From: Lophium mytilinum
Lineage: Eukaryota
Assembly: GCA_010093605.1 (NCBI GenBank)
Contig: MU004195.1
Location: 186,001-250,000, forward strand
Reading direction: 5' to 3'
DNA length: 64,000 nt
Shown: positions 12,116 to 25,616 of the stretch, piece after piece
Position numbering within the stretch: the stretch's first letter is position 1
Layout: the number at the start of each line of letters is the position of its first letter
Notes under the pieces: model-generated
What the model was told of the DNA's origin: nothing
What the model saw: the letters and a program-made list of their open reading frames with translations, nothing else
The model's database searches: none
Made by a program: the position numbers and the translations under genes

Positions 12116-13441
12116 ATGGCTACAACTTCTTCCAGCTCGGCGCCAAAAGACGCGTCCACCGGCCTCACCAAGCTGCCCTTCCCACCCCTCACCAAACAGC
12201 ACATTCTCAACTGTTCTTTCCACTCGTGGCATCCACGGTCCGTTCGACTCCCTATTGCGCTACTATCACAGCACTGACTTTATTCCAGTTACCGCGCCAT
12301 CACCCCTAAAGCCCGCCTCGTCCCGCTTTCGCCGCCCTTCCTATCATACCTCCGCGCCGACGGCATCGTCCTCCCACCCGACGAAAATGACCGCACCGAC
12401 TGGTCTGACTCGGACAGCGGCATATTCTCCTCGACAGACAACGCCTCGGAAGCTGAAGACGACGAGGATGACGACCCCTCAACCCAATGGCGCGACGTCC
12501 ACGAGGCTGTCCGAGCAACTATCGAGGAGCTCGGCGGCAAGGTTGTCCCTAAGCTGAACTGGTCGGCACCCAAGGATGCGACTTGGATCGCTGCTACCAA
12601 CAGCATGGAATGCCGGACACCGAACGATATCTACCTGTTGCTGAAGTCTAGCGATTTCGTCACTCACGACCTCGAGCATGCCTTTGATGACTGCGAGGAA
12701 TATGCGCCTGGGGAAGAAGCAGGATCGCAGAAGGAGGCGATCCTATCATCCGAAAGCATACCATACCACCTAGTTCTGCGAAAGCACATTACACTCAATC
12801 CCTCTGTTGAGTTCCGCTGTTTTGTTCGGCGGCGGAAGCTCATTACCATCTGCCAGCGTGACCTCAATTACTTTGAGTTCCTGTTCAAGATGCAAGACAA
12901 GCTCCGTGATCGAATACAAGAGTTCTTCCAGGTGCGACTACAAGATTCGTTTCCAGACGAGAATTTCACGTTCGATGTTTATGTTCCACCCCCACACGAC
13001 CGAGTATGGCTTGTAGACATAAATCCATGGGCGCAGCGAACCGACCCTCTCCTCTTCAGCTGGCTAGAGCTACTCACGTTGCCTGAGCCTTCAGAGCCCA
13101 GCACACCAGAGGTAGTTTCTCTTCCATTGGACTCACAAAGCACGTACAAGGAAGACCCTGCCTCTGCTAAGTCGGCAGGAGAAGACCAAGGAGACCAAAT
13201 AGACTCCGAATCCGAAGACGACGAAGACGTAGAAGAGCTTTTCGCCCCCGAGTTTCGCCTTGTGCACAGAGATGATCCAGAGGCATACGGTTTCACTACC
13301 CCCCAGTACAGCGCCCACAAACTGCCACGCGATGTTGTTGACGCGAGTAGAGGCGGCGAAGGAAGCATGCGAGAGTTTGCGAACAGGTGGAAGGAAGTGC
13401 TCGCAAAACAGACTGAGGGAGACGGCCAGGATAGCGAATAA
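12116..13441 (+). CDS. CDC123: Cell division cycle protein 123 (eIF2 assembly ATP-grasp protein)
   Basis: [12 protein letters not shown], intron 12238-12288, then [40 protein letters not shown] and [16 protein letters not shown]. Confidence 0.95.
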
Positions 13442-13655
13442 TGAATGATGATTATTGGGATAATTTAACAAGTACAGCAAGAGCATGCTGCTCATCTACG
13501 CAAGACTTGACTCCTAGATACGTGACAAATAATGCATCATGACAGACATACACAAACAGCTGGAGAGCTATGCCAAAGAGTATAACACTTGACTAAAACG
13601 CGTACCCACTACTATGTCACTATAGTATATAAGAATAGCTCATGCTAATAATAAA

Positions 13656-14398
13656 GGGCACGAGTATTTCCACGCCCCCCTATTTTAGTTTCACACCCCC
13701 TAACTTTAGTAGATGTACAACCTCCTCCCGTCTAATCTTCTAACTGGTCCGGAGGGGTTGGATTACTACTCCAGCGCTCAAAATAGGCAGGCTGTGCAGC
13801 CTTGCCATTTCATCGTGTATTTTCACCGTTTCTAGCAGCCTATTAAGGCTATAGATAAGACTACATATAGGCTATATATAAGGCCGTATATATAGCTATA
13901 GTTATAGCAAGGCTATATAGTATACCTATTTTACTATATATACTTCCTGTTTCCTATAATATATATAGGCCGTTTAATTGCTACCTACATACCTATATGC
14001 CTATAAGTATGCTAAACTAGTTAAATTATTACCTTATTACAGCCTTAGCTTATTATAGCCCCCCTGCATTGCCGCTATACTCCCCTAGGTATCCTAATTT
14101 ATAAACCCCTCTATCTCGTACAATAGTTTCTAACGTTAGAGCTACTTGATAGGAAGCAGCGCTGGCGCTGCCTGAGGCTGAGGCTCCAGATTAGCTCTCT
14201 CCGGCCGCTATACTACCTTCTGTGGTGCTACTATTATTTTATAATGCCCTCCTTGGAGTTAGGCGGCCGGCTACTGGAGCTCGGAATAAAAGTCCAAGCT
14301 GTTCTAGCAAATTGAAAGATTAAATAATAGGGGTTTGCATGTACTAAAGTTGGGGGGGTGTGAAGCTATAATGGGGGGGCGTGGAAATACTCGTGCCC
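13656..14398. mobile_element. Non-autonomous TIR DNA transposon (Mutator- or hAT-like), RIP-affected interior
   Basis: ~65-bp imperfect TIRs starting GGGCACGAGTATTTCCACGCCCCCC. An 8-bp TSD ATAATAAA lies at 13648-13655 and 14399-14406. Confidence 0.8.
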
Positions 14399-14442
14399 AT
14401 AATAAAATAGTCTAGCAGCTATGCTATAATTTAGTTCTACAC

Positions 14443-14648
14443 TGTCAAAGGTATAGAGTCGATGGGAGAATAGATGGATAGATAGATAGGAATTGTATTG
14501 CTTGAGTTCTATTCTATATCGACAGCAACGGAGTATATATACAGCGTTCGTTGTATCACGTTCAAACGCTCACGGTTTCGTCCCGTTTGAAGGCTTTTGA
14601 GCCTATTATGCGTAAGGATATAACGCTTATGCTATTGTAATCCTTACA
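14443..14648 (-). mobile_element. Solo LTR of the resident Copia family (internally deleted)
   Basis: TG...CA ends; near-identical to the reverse complement of 32585-32845 apart from a ~55-bp deletion. TSD TACAC on both sides. Confidence 0.9.
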
Positions 14649-15308
14649 TACACAGGATTAGTAGGTTAAAACCTAGGCTATTCAACCTATTTAAAAGGGT
14701 TCTACTAAGATATAGAGTTAAGGGTAGATTTTAAGCTAGAATAACTATATTTATAGAGAGGATATAATCTACATTTATATTTTACTTCTTTATAGGACTA
14801 ATATGCGCTAGAGGCGCCGGCTTAATAGTTAAGCGAATTAAATAATATTAAAAGTAGCTAATAGGCTAAATAGCACTACGGTACCAGTTAAATACTATTA
14901 AAGGGTTAGCTATCTAGTACAAGCCTTATATAACTATGTCTTAAAACTACTTAAGTAGAAAGTATATAGTAAAGTAAAGCTATACTAAGCTATACTATAT
15001 ACTACTACACGCTTTATTAGAAGTTTTATATACTTTAATAGATAGATACATAGTAAATAGAGCTATAAGAAGATAAATATAGAACTATTATTACTCTAGA
15101 TTTATAAGGAGAAAGACAAGATTAGTATATATATATATAAGCTAGTCTAAAAGTAACTAACTATACCCTAATAAGGAAGGTAAAGTATAGGTTATATACC
15201 TACCTTTAGTATATAAAGAGTGATAGAGTTATAGTAGATAATTATCTAATAGCTTTCTCATCTTTTTAGTTGTTAGCTTTGCGGGTATTATTAGCTTGTA
15301 AGGGTAGG

Positions 15309-15342
15309 TATCAAAAGTATAGATTTGGCGTGTGAATAGTTG

Positions 15343-15424
<82 letters not shown>

Positions 15425-15638
15425 CAGAAAAATAGGAATCATATTGCTTGAGTTCTATTCTACACCAACAGCAATAGAGTTGTATATATACACTATTCAA
15501 TGCATTGCAAAACGCTTCCCTCATGTTCTTCTAACGTTATCTGACGTTTGTTGTATCACGTTCGAACGCTCACGGTTTGAAGGCTTCTGAGCCTATCATG
15601 CGTAAGGATATAACGCTTATGCTGTTATAATACTTACA
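15309..15638 (-). mobile_element. Solo LTR of the Copia family with an expanded (GATA)n tract
   Basis: Homologous to the 32585-32845 LTR; (GATA)20 at 15343-15422. Flanks GTAGG/GTGGG differ by one RIP-type change. Confidence 0.85.
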
Positions 15639-16171
15639 GTGGGTACAAGTAGCTAGTATTAGGAAGTAGGATCGCTTCTCAACCACACTCTTTTGTGACG
15701 CTGTGGAAAAGCTAACAGCCTAGCCTTATATTAGACTTATATGAACACTTATATACAACCTTACCTATAGTATAGTAGTTAGTATATTAGAGAGACTACA
15801 GATGCACGCAAGAATAGAGCTCCGGTTGAAGCCCCAATTTGCTCTTACCAATGAGCAGATTGAATGAAAGCGGAGTATGAGTTTTCCAAGAAGGTAATAC
15901 CGCTCTGTACAATTGCTAGTCCCTACATAAGTTGCTTTCCGCGCTCTTTTCCTAGGAACCTACGTCACCAGATAAAGCGTGTGATTGCGTTAACGTGAAG
16001 GACTTAACTCGGACTTACCTGTATCCTGCCATGATGTCAGTCAACCGCAATCGAAAAACGCGTCAGAGTGTATTGCACGTAGCATGCTCCCACAAGAAAG
16101 TGGTCTTGGCTGTCTCTTCTTTCTTCCGTCCTGCGTAACAAAAACCGCGCCACTTTCCCAGAGCCAACGCA

Positions 16172-17445
16172 ATGCCTAAACAGAGTAACCACGAGGCATC
16201 ACATGAGGCACCCTTCGAATACGAGAAAGAAATCTACACTAAAGGCCTCCAGTTTGAGCGTCCGTCACTTACCTTTCAATCCGAAAAGTGGGAAAGTTTA
16301 GCTAAAGAGCGCCTTTCCGCTGAATCATGGGGCTATGTTGGAGGAAGCGCCGGCACTGGTGAGACTGCAGCAAAGAATCGTGCTGCGTTCCAAAAATGGT
16401 CAATCGTCCCAAGCCGCCTGGTAAAGGCAGAGTTCCCCGATCTAAGTGTGAAGCTGTTTGGCGAGCGTTATCCATTTCCCATCGCAATTGCTCCCGTTGG
16501 AGTTCAGAGAATTTTCAATCCAGATGGTGAAGAGGCAAGCGCTGCTGCGGCAAAGGAGCAGGAAGTTCCCTATATCATGTCAACTGCTTCTTCGACAAGC
16601 ATTGAAGACGTTGCGAAGGCCAACGGCACTGGAAAACGCTTCTTCCAACTCTATTGGCCAATGAACGAGTACAACCATATTACGAAGAGCCTTCTCCAAC
16701 GCGCGAAGAAGTCTGGGTTCACGGCTCTGTTTGCTACTCTAGACACCTACATCCTTGGCTGGAGGCCGAGCGACATGGACAATGGTAACTCTTTGCATGA
16801 TATCATATGCAGTGAGTGCGCGCTGACAAACTAGGATACAACCCTTTCTTGCGACCCGACAAGATTGGCGTTGAAATTGGCTTCACAGACCCGGTTTATC
16901 GAGCCCATTTCCAGGAGAAACATGGAAAGTCGGTGGATGAAGACCTGAAGACTGCAGCCGGCGAATGGGCGAGCACTGTATTTCCTGGGCATAGCCATTC
17001 CTGGGAAGACGTGAAGTTTCTGCATGAGAACTGGGATGGACCAATCGTCCTGAAGGGAATTCAATCAGTCGCAGATGCGAGGAAGGCTGTAGAGATAGGG
17101 GTCCAAGGCATTGTGGTCTCCAATCACGGAGGCCGTCAGGTAGATGGTGGCGTAGCTTCGTTGGATATGCTGCCAAAGATAGTCGATGCGGTGGGTGATA
17201 AGTTGGAGGTGTTGTTCGACTCTGGTGTTCGGTGTGGTGCTGATATCGCAAAGGCTTTGGCTCTTGGGGCAAAGATGGTGCTGATAGGTCGGCCGTACGT
17301 GTATGGGTTAGCCTTGGGCGGGAAAGAGGGTGTCAATCACGTCCTCAGAACATTACTAGGGGATCTCGATTTGACGCTGCATCTTTCCGGAATTCCCTCT
17401 GTTAGCCAGAAGGAACTAAATCGGGATCGACTTGAGAAGGATTAG
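16172..17445 (+). CDS. FMN-dependent alpha-hydroxy acid dehydrogenase/oxidase (lactate 2-monooxygenase-like)
   Basis: Motifs PIAIAPVG, FFQLYWP, PIVLKGI, VSNHGGRQVD, DSGVRCGAD and IGRP. Intron 16785-16834. Confidence 0.93.
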
Positions 17446-17863
17446 CCGTGCGCAGATCTATTCATAGACCCATTCCTCTCGTTCCCTTTGAATTATATGG
17501 ATGAGATTCTATCTGGTAAGGGAAAGGCTGATTCTAAACCCGCTGTTCCTAGTAATTGAGTGACATCGGGTTAAGTCCCAGGCTTACCTAGTCATCTCAC
17601 CCTGCTACCCCACCTACCCCTCTCACATCTTGTATCACCGTCCCACCATGCGCATTCACGACATCGATTTCGAATTACTCAGCATGTAGTTCAGATGTTT
17701 GCATTGATAATCAAGGTTTGATGTAGCCAGTAGTAAGGTTGCGCGAGCGTATCGAGACTGATGGCGACATTATTCAGCGTCATGGTGCAACAGATCCGAA
17801 GAGATAAGTTGACCTTTTCCTTTCCGCTTTCTTAGATGATATTGAATACAAAAATTCCTAAAT

Positions 17864-18736
17864 ATGGTGTCCAACAAATTCTTTGCTATCGTTGCTGGTG
17901 TTGGCCCGGGTACGGGGAGATCAGTGGCCATCAGATTCTCGGAAGCCTACCCTGTTGTTTTGCTGGCTCGCTCCCCGGAAAGCTACAACAGTGTTGTCGC
18001 CGAGATCAATAAGGCCGGCAGGAAGGCGATCGGTATTACTGCCGATGCAACGGATGAGTCCTCTCTCAAATCAGCGTTCGAGACCATCAAGAAGGAGCTC
18101 CCCGACTTGAAGCTCGCAGCTACGATCTACAACGTTCGACCCAACTCACGACCAAGCCGCAAACCGTTCTTAGAGCTGACTTTAGAGGACCTAGATACCA
18201 GTCTAAATGGTAACATGTATGTCTTATCTTGCGGAACGCCCGTTTACTTGTGCTGATATATATCTAACCAAACTTCTCTACTCCAGCCGTGGTCTCTTCA
18301 ACTTTGCTCAAAGCATATTGCCTCTACTGCTCGGGTCGGTAGAGCATTCTCCTCAACCCCCGACTCTGATAGTAACCGGGGCGACCGCATCGATTAGAGG
18401 GTCCGCAAAATGGTCCGTTATTGCCGCGGGCAAATCTGGGCAGCGCATCTTAACGCAGTCTTTGGCAAGAGAGTTCGGTCCGCTGGGGGTTCATGTCGCC
18501 CATGCCATCATCGATGGCGGCATTGATGTCCCTGATGCGACACATTATCCTCGCAATGAGGGAACTCCAGATAACCGAATCAGTCCTTACGCTGTAAGTA
18601 AATCTACATATCTGTGTCAAATGTTCGAATGTTAACTCGTTGCAAGATTGCCGAAAGCTACTGGTATCTGCATACGCAACATAAATCAGCATTCACCCAG
18701 GAATTGGATCTGAGACCTTTCATCGAGCATTTCTAG
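17864..18736 (+). CDS. Short-chain dehydrogenase/reductase
   Basis: AIVAGVGPGTG Rossmann motif, TGATASIRG, QSLAREFGPLGVHVAHAIIDG and C-terminal ELDLRPFIEHF. Introns 18217-18286 and 18594-18646. Confidence 0.9.
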
Positions 18737-19343
18737 GCGAAAAGACCTGAACAGGCTCTAAAGAATCTTACATATAAGCCTTAATGGACGACCTGCTTTG
18801 CTACCCAGAGCTCAAATCTTTGCATAGATTTGGATGCTAACAATGCGACGGGGAGGAGATTTCGAGGAGGAGGTTGAGCTTGTTGCATATCTCAATCATT
18901 TACGAAAGTTGAATCGATGTGACATCATTTGCTAGCCATGAGATGTGATTCATCAGCTCTATGCAAAGGTAATATTTGCTTGCCAATCGTGTTGCGACTA
19001 CCGTCGTCCTTCATCAGTCTGAATTACAGTCACTGTTGAAGAGTCAGCCAGCTGAGAGCTGAGAGAACAGTTCTTCGTCAACAAATTGTTTCGCAATTAA
19101 GAAGAATTCTTATAATTGCGTAGATAGTGCCGCGGGCTTATGTTTCTCGCCAATATGCCTGGCTGAAACTCCGAATTTGAACTTCCGAGGTGAACTATAT
19201 AACAGTGAGCCCGATTTTCTACTCACCCTGATATGTACGATATCTACTTACCGTGATATGTATAATATCTAAGTAAAAAGGCTTGTTTGGTTTCCTCTGT
19301 TCGCATTTTGAGTCTCGATATAGGTCTTCCTGTCGTTCTTATA

Positions 19344-21134
19344 ATGGCCGCTCTTCCCGAACCCGCTGTCTCCGACGACGACATTCCCCAGCGAGTCAAG
19401 GACTCCTCTCGGCGCTTATCCTGGATCCGATCTCTTCTCCTCCGCACCCGCCTCGACGACGATGTCTGCAACCGGAATTACGCCGGCAACGGCACACACG
19501 ACGACCCTTATATTATCGATTACCTGCACAACGACCGCCAAGACGCCATGAATTTTTCCAAGGGGCGAAAATGGGCCATTGCCGTTCTTCAGTCCCTGTC
19601 CACGTTTGCGGTGACCTTTGCCAGCTCGGTGTACGTCAGCGGCATCGAAGGCGTCGTGCAGCGCTTTGAAGTGTCCAAGGAGGTAGCCACGCTAGGCTTG
19701 TCGCTCTTCGTGTTTGGGTTCGCCCTAGGACCGTTGATCTGGGCTCCTCTATCGGAGGTGTATGGGCGCAAGTCCATCTATGTAATTTCGTACACGGCGT
19801 ACACAGCGTTCAGCGTGGCGGCGGCGTGCTCGCCCAACATCACGGCCCTGCTGGTTCTTCGCTTCTTTGCAAGCGCGTGTGGTTCGTCATCGATGACGAA
19901 TACTGGGGGCTTCATTGTTGACATGTTCAGCAAGGCGGAGCGCGGAGTGGCGACGGGATTGTTTATTACGGCTCCCTTTCTGGGGCCTGCACTTGGTAAG
20001 TGGTGGATGTCCTTTTTCTATGGTGCCAGTTTTGCCATTGATGCCCTTGTACACTTGCTAATTCCTATTAATTTCTTTCAGGACCCATTGCTGGTGGTTT
20101 TCTTGGTGAGACCCAGGGCTGGCGCTGGATTCTCGGTCTGGTCGCCATACTGGGCGGTGTGATCTGGATTGCCACGACGCTGGCCACCCGCGAAACATAC
20201 GCGCCGTTCATTCTGCGATGTCGAGCCAAGGCCCTCTCCCGGATGACAGGAAGCGTATATGTGTCCCGGCTCGATGCGGGACAGCCGTCCAAAACGCTTT
20301 CGCAGGAGCTATTGGTTTCTTTAACGCGCCCTTGGATGCTTCTGTTCCGCGAACCCATTGTCTTGCTGGCGTCACTGTACGTCTCTATCATCTACGGCAC
20401 ACTGTACATGTTCTTTGCCGGGTTTCCCACCGTTTTCCAAGTTACTCGAGGCTGGAGCCAGGGAACCGCCGGACTTCCGTTTGTCGGCGTGGCCATTGGC
20501 GTCTGTTTTGCCACGGTGGCAGCCGGTGTGGACAACAAACGCTACGTGCGCCTGTGCGCGGCGGCCGACGCAGAGGGACGCGCAGTCGAGCCGGAAGCCA
20601 GACTGGGTACGGCCATGGTAGGCTCCATTGTCCTTCCGATCGGTCTGTTCCTGTTCGCGTGGACGACGTATCCGTCGGTGCACTGGATCTTGCCCATCAT
20701 CGGTGCCATGTTTTTCTCGTTTGGACTTGTCATGGTCTTCATCTCGCTGGTCAGTTATCTGGTCGACTCTTGTACGTTTTGATACTCGCTTCGTGATCCT
20801 CTGCAACAATGCACATGCTCACCTGTATACAGACGTCGTCTATGCTGCTTCTGTGATGGCGGCCAACTCGTTGCTTCGGTCCTTGTTCGGCACCGCGTTT
20901 CCGTTGTTCACCACCCAAATGTACGAAAATCTCGGAAATCAATGGGCAAGCTCCATTCCTGCGTTCCTGGTGCTTGGATGCGTACCTGTCCCATTCCTGT
21001 TCCACAAATACGGTCCGCAAATACGCTCCAAGTGCAAGTATGCTTCAGAAGCAGCAAAGGTGCTGGAGGTGATGCGTCGTCGGCACGTCGTGGTTGGAGG
21101 TGACCCTAATGGGCTAGAGAAGGAGGCTGAATAG
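19344..21134 (+). CDS. MFS drug:H+ antiporter (DHA1 family)
   Basis: Motifs [43 protein letters not shown] and [14 protein letters not shown]. Introns ~19996-20080 and ~20772-20832. Confidence 0.92.
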
Positions 21135-21412
21135 GTTGTTTCGTGGAGGCGGGTCCCGACAGTATTAATGGCCCTTCATAATACGTAATGGGGCGCCGGC
21201 TTGGGAGTTTCAGAGATGGATGGAAAGTATGTAAAGCGAACAAGATGGCTACTGCAGTGACCCAGATTGTATTATTGCAACTAAACGATGGGAAAGTTGC
21301 AGGGGGGAAAGATGAATCAACAAGCTCCGTATGTTGATAGATTCCTACATGGTCAATGTTGCCCGAAACAATGCATGTGCCTCGATGCCGCCGGTCCTTG
21401 GGAAACCCCATG

Positions 21413-23863
21413 TCAATATCGACCAGTAAAATCCAGTTGCCCAATCTGCCACTCGTCCAAGAACTCAAATCCTAGGAAGCCCATATCGAACGACGGATTA
21501 ATCTCACACTGCTCCGACGGAGACGAAATCACGCTGACCTGTGTGTGCGGCGAAGCGCAAGCATCCGCCTTGCTGTTGCCCTGTGACAGCGACAGCGCAG
21601 GTACTGGACCGAGAGTGTTGGGCAGAACCAAGTACAGGTTTTTCTTGGCAAGAATCTCCTCAAATACCGGCAGCGCTCTTTTAAGTGCGGGTATTTCTTT
21701 TCCCTGAGTGAGAACAAGCATCGTTTGGTTGATGGATATCCGAGCCATGGAACGGACAAGGTCTGTCCCGGCTGGATCGAGGGCCGATTCGATATGTAGA
21801 GCGAGCAGCGCAGTTATTGTGGTTACGCTAACAAAGTCATTGTTAGTTCCATTCGTGCGTTCTACAGAGCTTGTCTGAAAAGTGGGGAAATGGGAAGAAA
21901 TAGACGGCGCCTACAAAGATATGGGAAAGTCCTGAAGGGTGTCACTTGCCAATACCCTCATAGCAATCGTGTCCAACTCTAGAATAGCAGACCGAAGCCG
22001 CTGTTTGGCCCACGCGCTCCAGTCCGCATGTTGGGACTGCTGCAACCCGCGTCGTATCAGACGACACAAGACGCACTCATACCTATAGCTCATGGCTTGT
22101 ATATTCAGATAGTACACGTCAGTTGCAGTATTCCCACTCACGTGCATCTTGGAAGCGAGAGACTTGCGCCAATCATCGACTGGGTGCAATATTTGGCGAG
22201 GATCCTGCAGCGGCTTGTTTGTCACGATGGACAAACATTGTCCGACTAGATAGAGTTAGGCCCGCTTGTGGTATTAGTTACAGAATTGAAAAAAGAGTAA
22301 AAGGAATAAGAACAAATAATCGAATAGAATCAACACGCACATATTCGAGACAACTCGCAGTGAACAACAGGCAAGACCTTTTGCTGAGGCGTGACCGCCG
22401 ATAGTAAGCCAGATGATGTTCCCGAGACATCCTCCGCTTCCCAGTCATCTTCAGTCCTAGGCTTGATCGCAGAGGTGTTTTCGAGTAGTCGCGAGCGTCT
22501 GGTACCGGCAAAGACGTAGAAAATGTCTATAGACTACGTAGCTATAGCAAGCGTGAAGCAAGAAGAACAGCACACGGTAACGAGAAGAGGGACGTACGTG
22601 GAGAGCCCACCAGATCCTTCTATACAACTTTATGACTTTGTGGGGGTTGTCTTCTCGAACACACCTGTCGGAAGTCCGTAGGTTAATACACGCAATATAT
22701 GTCACAGTCCAGAAGTAGGAAACGTACGTGTTGCATAGGTCAAGCTTGGTGGCAAGGCGAATTGCGTTGTGGAACCAGTAGCCAAAGTCGCGGTCGGTAG
22801 GGTGGTCGAGAATCACCATGCACAAGATGATGGATCCCTGCAGCATCAACAACAGGTCATCTTCAGCGGCGAAGTCGTGGAGCAGCTTGGCCTTGGAGAA
22901 GAACGACTCTTGCGCGGCCGAACGGCTAGCAAAGCCGCAGGCGGATAGCACATCTGCTGCCGCGTGGAGACTGGCTGATGTCAATATGACGCGGAGCAGG
23001 AATAAAGAGCAGTCGCCAGTTTGATAGCCGTGAATGAAATCAGCTCTGTTGATCACGGGAGCAAAAGGGTAGACGTGGTCAAAGTATGTCTTAATGAGAG
23101 CGTCTCTGTCGTTTTTGACTGTGAGCAGCGACCTAAAGAGGATGGAAAATGGAGGAGTCTCTCACAAGTGATGCGGAGGGGGCAGATCAAAGACACCCTT
23201 CTTGACAAGATATTCATTGTCAGTATCGTCCAATTGGGGTAGCTTGGTCCACAGACAGTTCCGAGGAGTAAAATTGTCTTCCGGAATTGAACGATAGTGA
23301 GTAATGGAAGTGGCGTGATGTCGACTGGACTCTGCAGGCTCTTTCACGACGTCGTTAAGAATATTGAGGTAGAGTAGATCCGGCTCAGTCTGACGAGGGC
23401 TTTGGCACTCTAGGGGATCGGAAGTGGAAGATAGTTTTGATTGGTTATTTGATTGGCTACTGTTGGATGTAGCCGAGATGCCTGTAGTCTGTCAATAGTT
23501 AGTGGGAGCAGAAGAAAAGGTGGATAACAGAAGCATCTCGGACAATGCCAATTCTAAAGCATACATGGCTAGCAGTCGGCGAAACATGTAATACTTTCCT
23601 ATGAACCCCATCTATATTAGCATGTACAATCAAGAGCCATTATCTCAGTAATCAACTGACCTAGTCCGGCCCTTGCGGACTGGCAGTACACAGTCCTCGG
23701 CACGCTGCCTGCTGGCACAGCTGCTACAGGGGAGGCCAATCACGGCGGCATCGCACTTGACCTTATGTGTGCGGCAGGGCACACAAGCCTTGTTGACTTT
23801 GCGGGCACGTTTTCCGGTTTCTCCCACCCTCTGTGACTCGCTACCTGAGGCAAAATGAATCAT
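21413..23863 (-). CDS. Zn(II)2Cys6 transcription factor with Fungal_trans middle domain
   Basis: KACVPCRTHKVKCD...PCSSCASRQRAEDC binuclear cluster; YFDHVYPFAPVINRADF and RRIWWALH. Many short GT-AG introns; the start codon is approximate. Confidence 0.88.
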
Positions 23864-24149
23864 TGAAGGGGTACGGGCGTTTGTTGTAGCTTGCAATGGC
23901 GCGGACGATCAGGGCATAGAAGGGCTTACATAGTGGAGTGACGGCGTTTTCCTTTCATGTTTTGCGATTTCGGCGTTTCAACAGATCAACTCGGAACTTT
24001 GTATATTACCGAGTCAGACCCACTATTAATCTGAGGAGAGTTGAGCCGAAGCTCAGCCGGCCCTGAGCCGACTTTAGTCGTAGCGGCGCTGGGTCAAATG
24101 CGCAAAGGGGATCTGGTAGGGGTAGGGGGTGCATATTGGGGTTTTATAA

Positions 24150-24710
24150 GGACGAGCCTAATTATCACCCCCCTTTTTGCTACGTATTACCCCCTATTTT
24201 GCTACATATCACCCCCCTTAGATTTAGCCTAGCTCCGGCCCGTATTAATACTATTCCACTAATTATATCTACTAGCTTACCTATAGCTTATGCAATTTAT
24301 ATAAGAAACTAAATAACTCCTTCTATATAGATATATAGAAAGGAAGAATAAATATTACTATTAGAAGCTATATAGGCCTAAATACCCCCCTACTATACTA
24401 GCTTTTTCTCTAAAAGTAGCCTCCTCTTTATAAGTAGATAGGGGGTTATTCTTAATAGTAAATTTACTATTAGAGACTAAGTAAATATAACTATAGATTA
24501 ATATTAAATTATCTACTTATCTAGTAGAGAGATCTAGTACTATATTAGTAAATTATAAATATTATAAAGTACTATTATAGCCTTAGTAGTAGTCTAATTA
24601 TTTAAATAAAGTTTTTCTAAGCTAGAGCTAAGCTAAATCTAGAGGGGGGAGTATATAGTAAAATAGAGGGTAATATATAGTAAAAAGGGGGTAGATAATT
24701 AGGCTTATTT
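24150..24710. mobile_element. Degenerate non-autonomous TIR element (Mutator-like MITE)
   Basis: ~85-bp inverted arms (GGACGAGCCTAATTATCACCCCCCTTTTTGCTAC... versus the RIP-altered complement at ~24625-24710). Flanks TTTTATAA/TTTTTAAA resemble an 8-9 bp TSD. Confidence 0.65.
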
Positions 24711-25150
24711 TTTTTAAAAAATAGTATATATACTTACTATCTATACTTAGTATCTATATACTAATTAAGTATTCTATCTTCTTCTTTAGTTAATACTTAT
24801 CTCTTCTTCTTCTTTATATTCTTATATACTTTCTTCTATGCTCTCCGCCTAGTACTTCCTTCTTATAGCCCTATCTACTAACTAACTTACTTAACAGCAT
24901 TCTACAATTATAGGTTGTTTGCGAAACAAGAGCCTATCTTAACGGGCTGCGCGTTAGCTCCTATATAGCTAGCTACAGCGTCTATAATACTAACTACAAG
25001 TTATAGGGTTTAGTATCTAGGAATTAGATGCTAATCTGCCGGGATATACTAATATCTCTGCAGGGAGAAGTACCAAGAGTGTAAACTAACAGTACTAATA
25101 ATATTAAGAGAGATTAAAGTTAAGAAAAGTAGCCTAAATAGAACATAAGG

Positions 25151-25330
25151 TGTTATAATAAGGGAACTAATAATACTACACCCCCTTCTTCTATATATAC
25201 CTCTTTTATCTAATCTCCTAATTAGTCTAGAAAGTTTCCCTAAGGATTTTAGTTTACTTGCCTAAGTTGCCTACTAACTCTAAATGCTCTCTCTGCATAG
25301 GGCGTAGCTATAAATAATTACTATTATTCT
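25151..25330 (+). repeat. Second dispersed AT-rich repeat family (probable degenerate LTR)
   Basis: Shares ACACCCC...TCTAATCT...TTTACTTGCCTAA...CTAAAT(G/A)CTCTCTCT with 32040-32230 and is similar to the reverse strand at ~26090-26210. Confidence 0.5.
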
Positions 25331-25616
25331 TATTCTTTTACCCACGCTTGCACTTATTATAAGTATATACCTATACTTATATCTAGTATATTACCTACAC
25401 AACCTTATATAGATGCATCTAGATGTAGAAATTATAGTAGGCTACCTAGCTTTAAGGAAGCAATAGATAGTATAGTAATAAGATAGTATTTATCCTTAGC
25501 CTTATTTTAAGGTAATAAGGCTTATCTATAAAATGCTCTTGTAGTGGCTTACATTATATAATAAAGTAACTAAGGAACTTATAAGTTAGACAAGCTTAGA
25601 GTTAGCGAAAATTTAG

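Noticed and set aside
15291..15524. ORF with YLSIYLSI repeats
   Set aside because: It is the translation of the (GATA)n tract inside a solo LTR.
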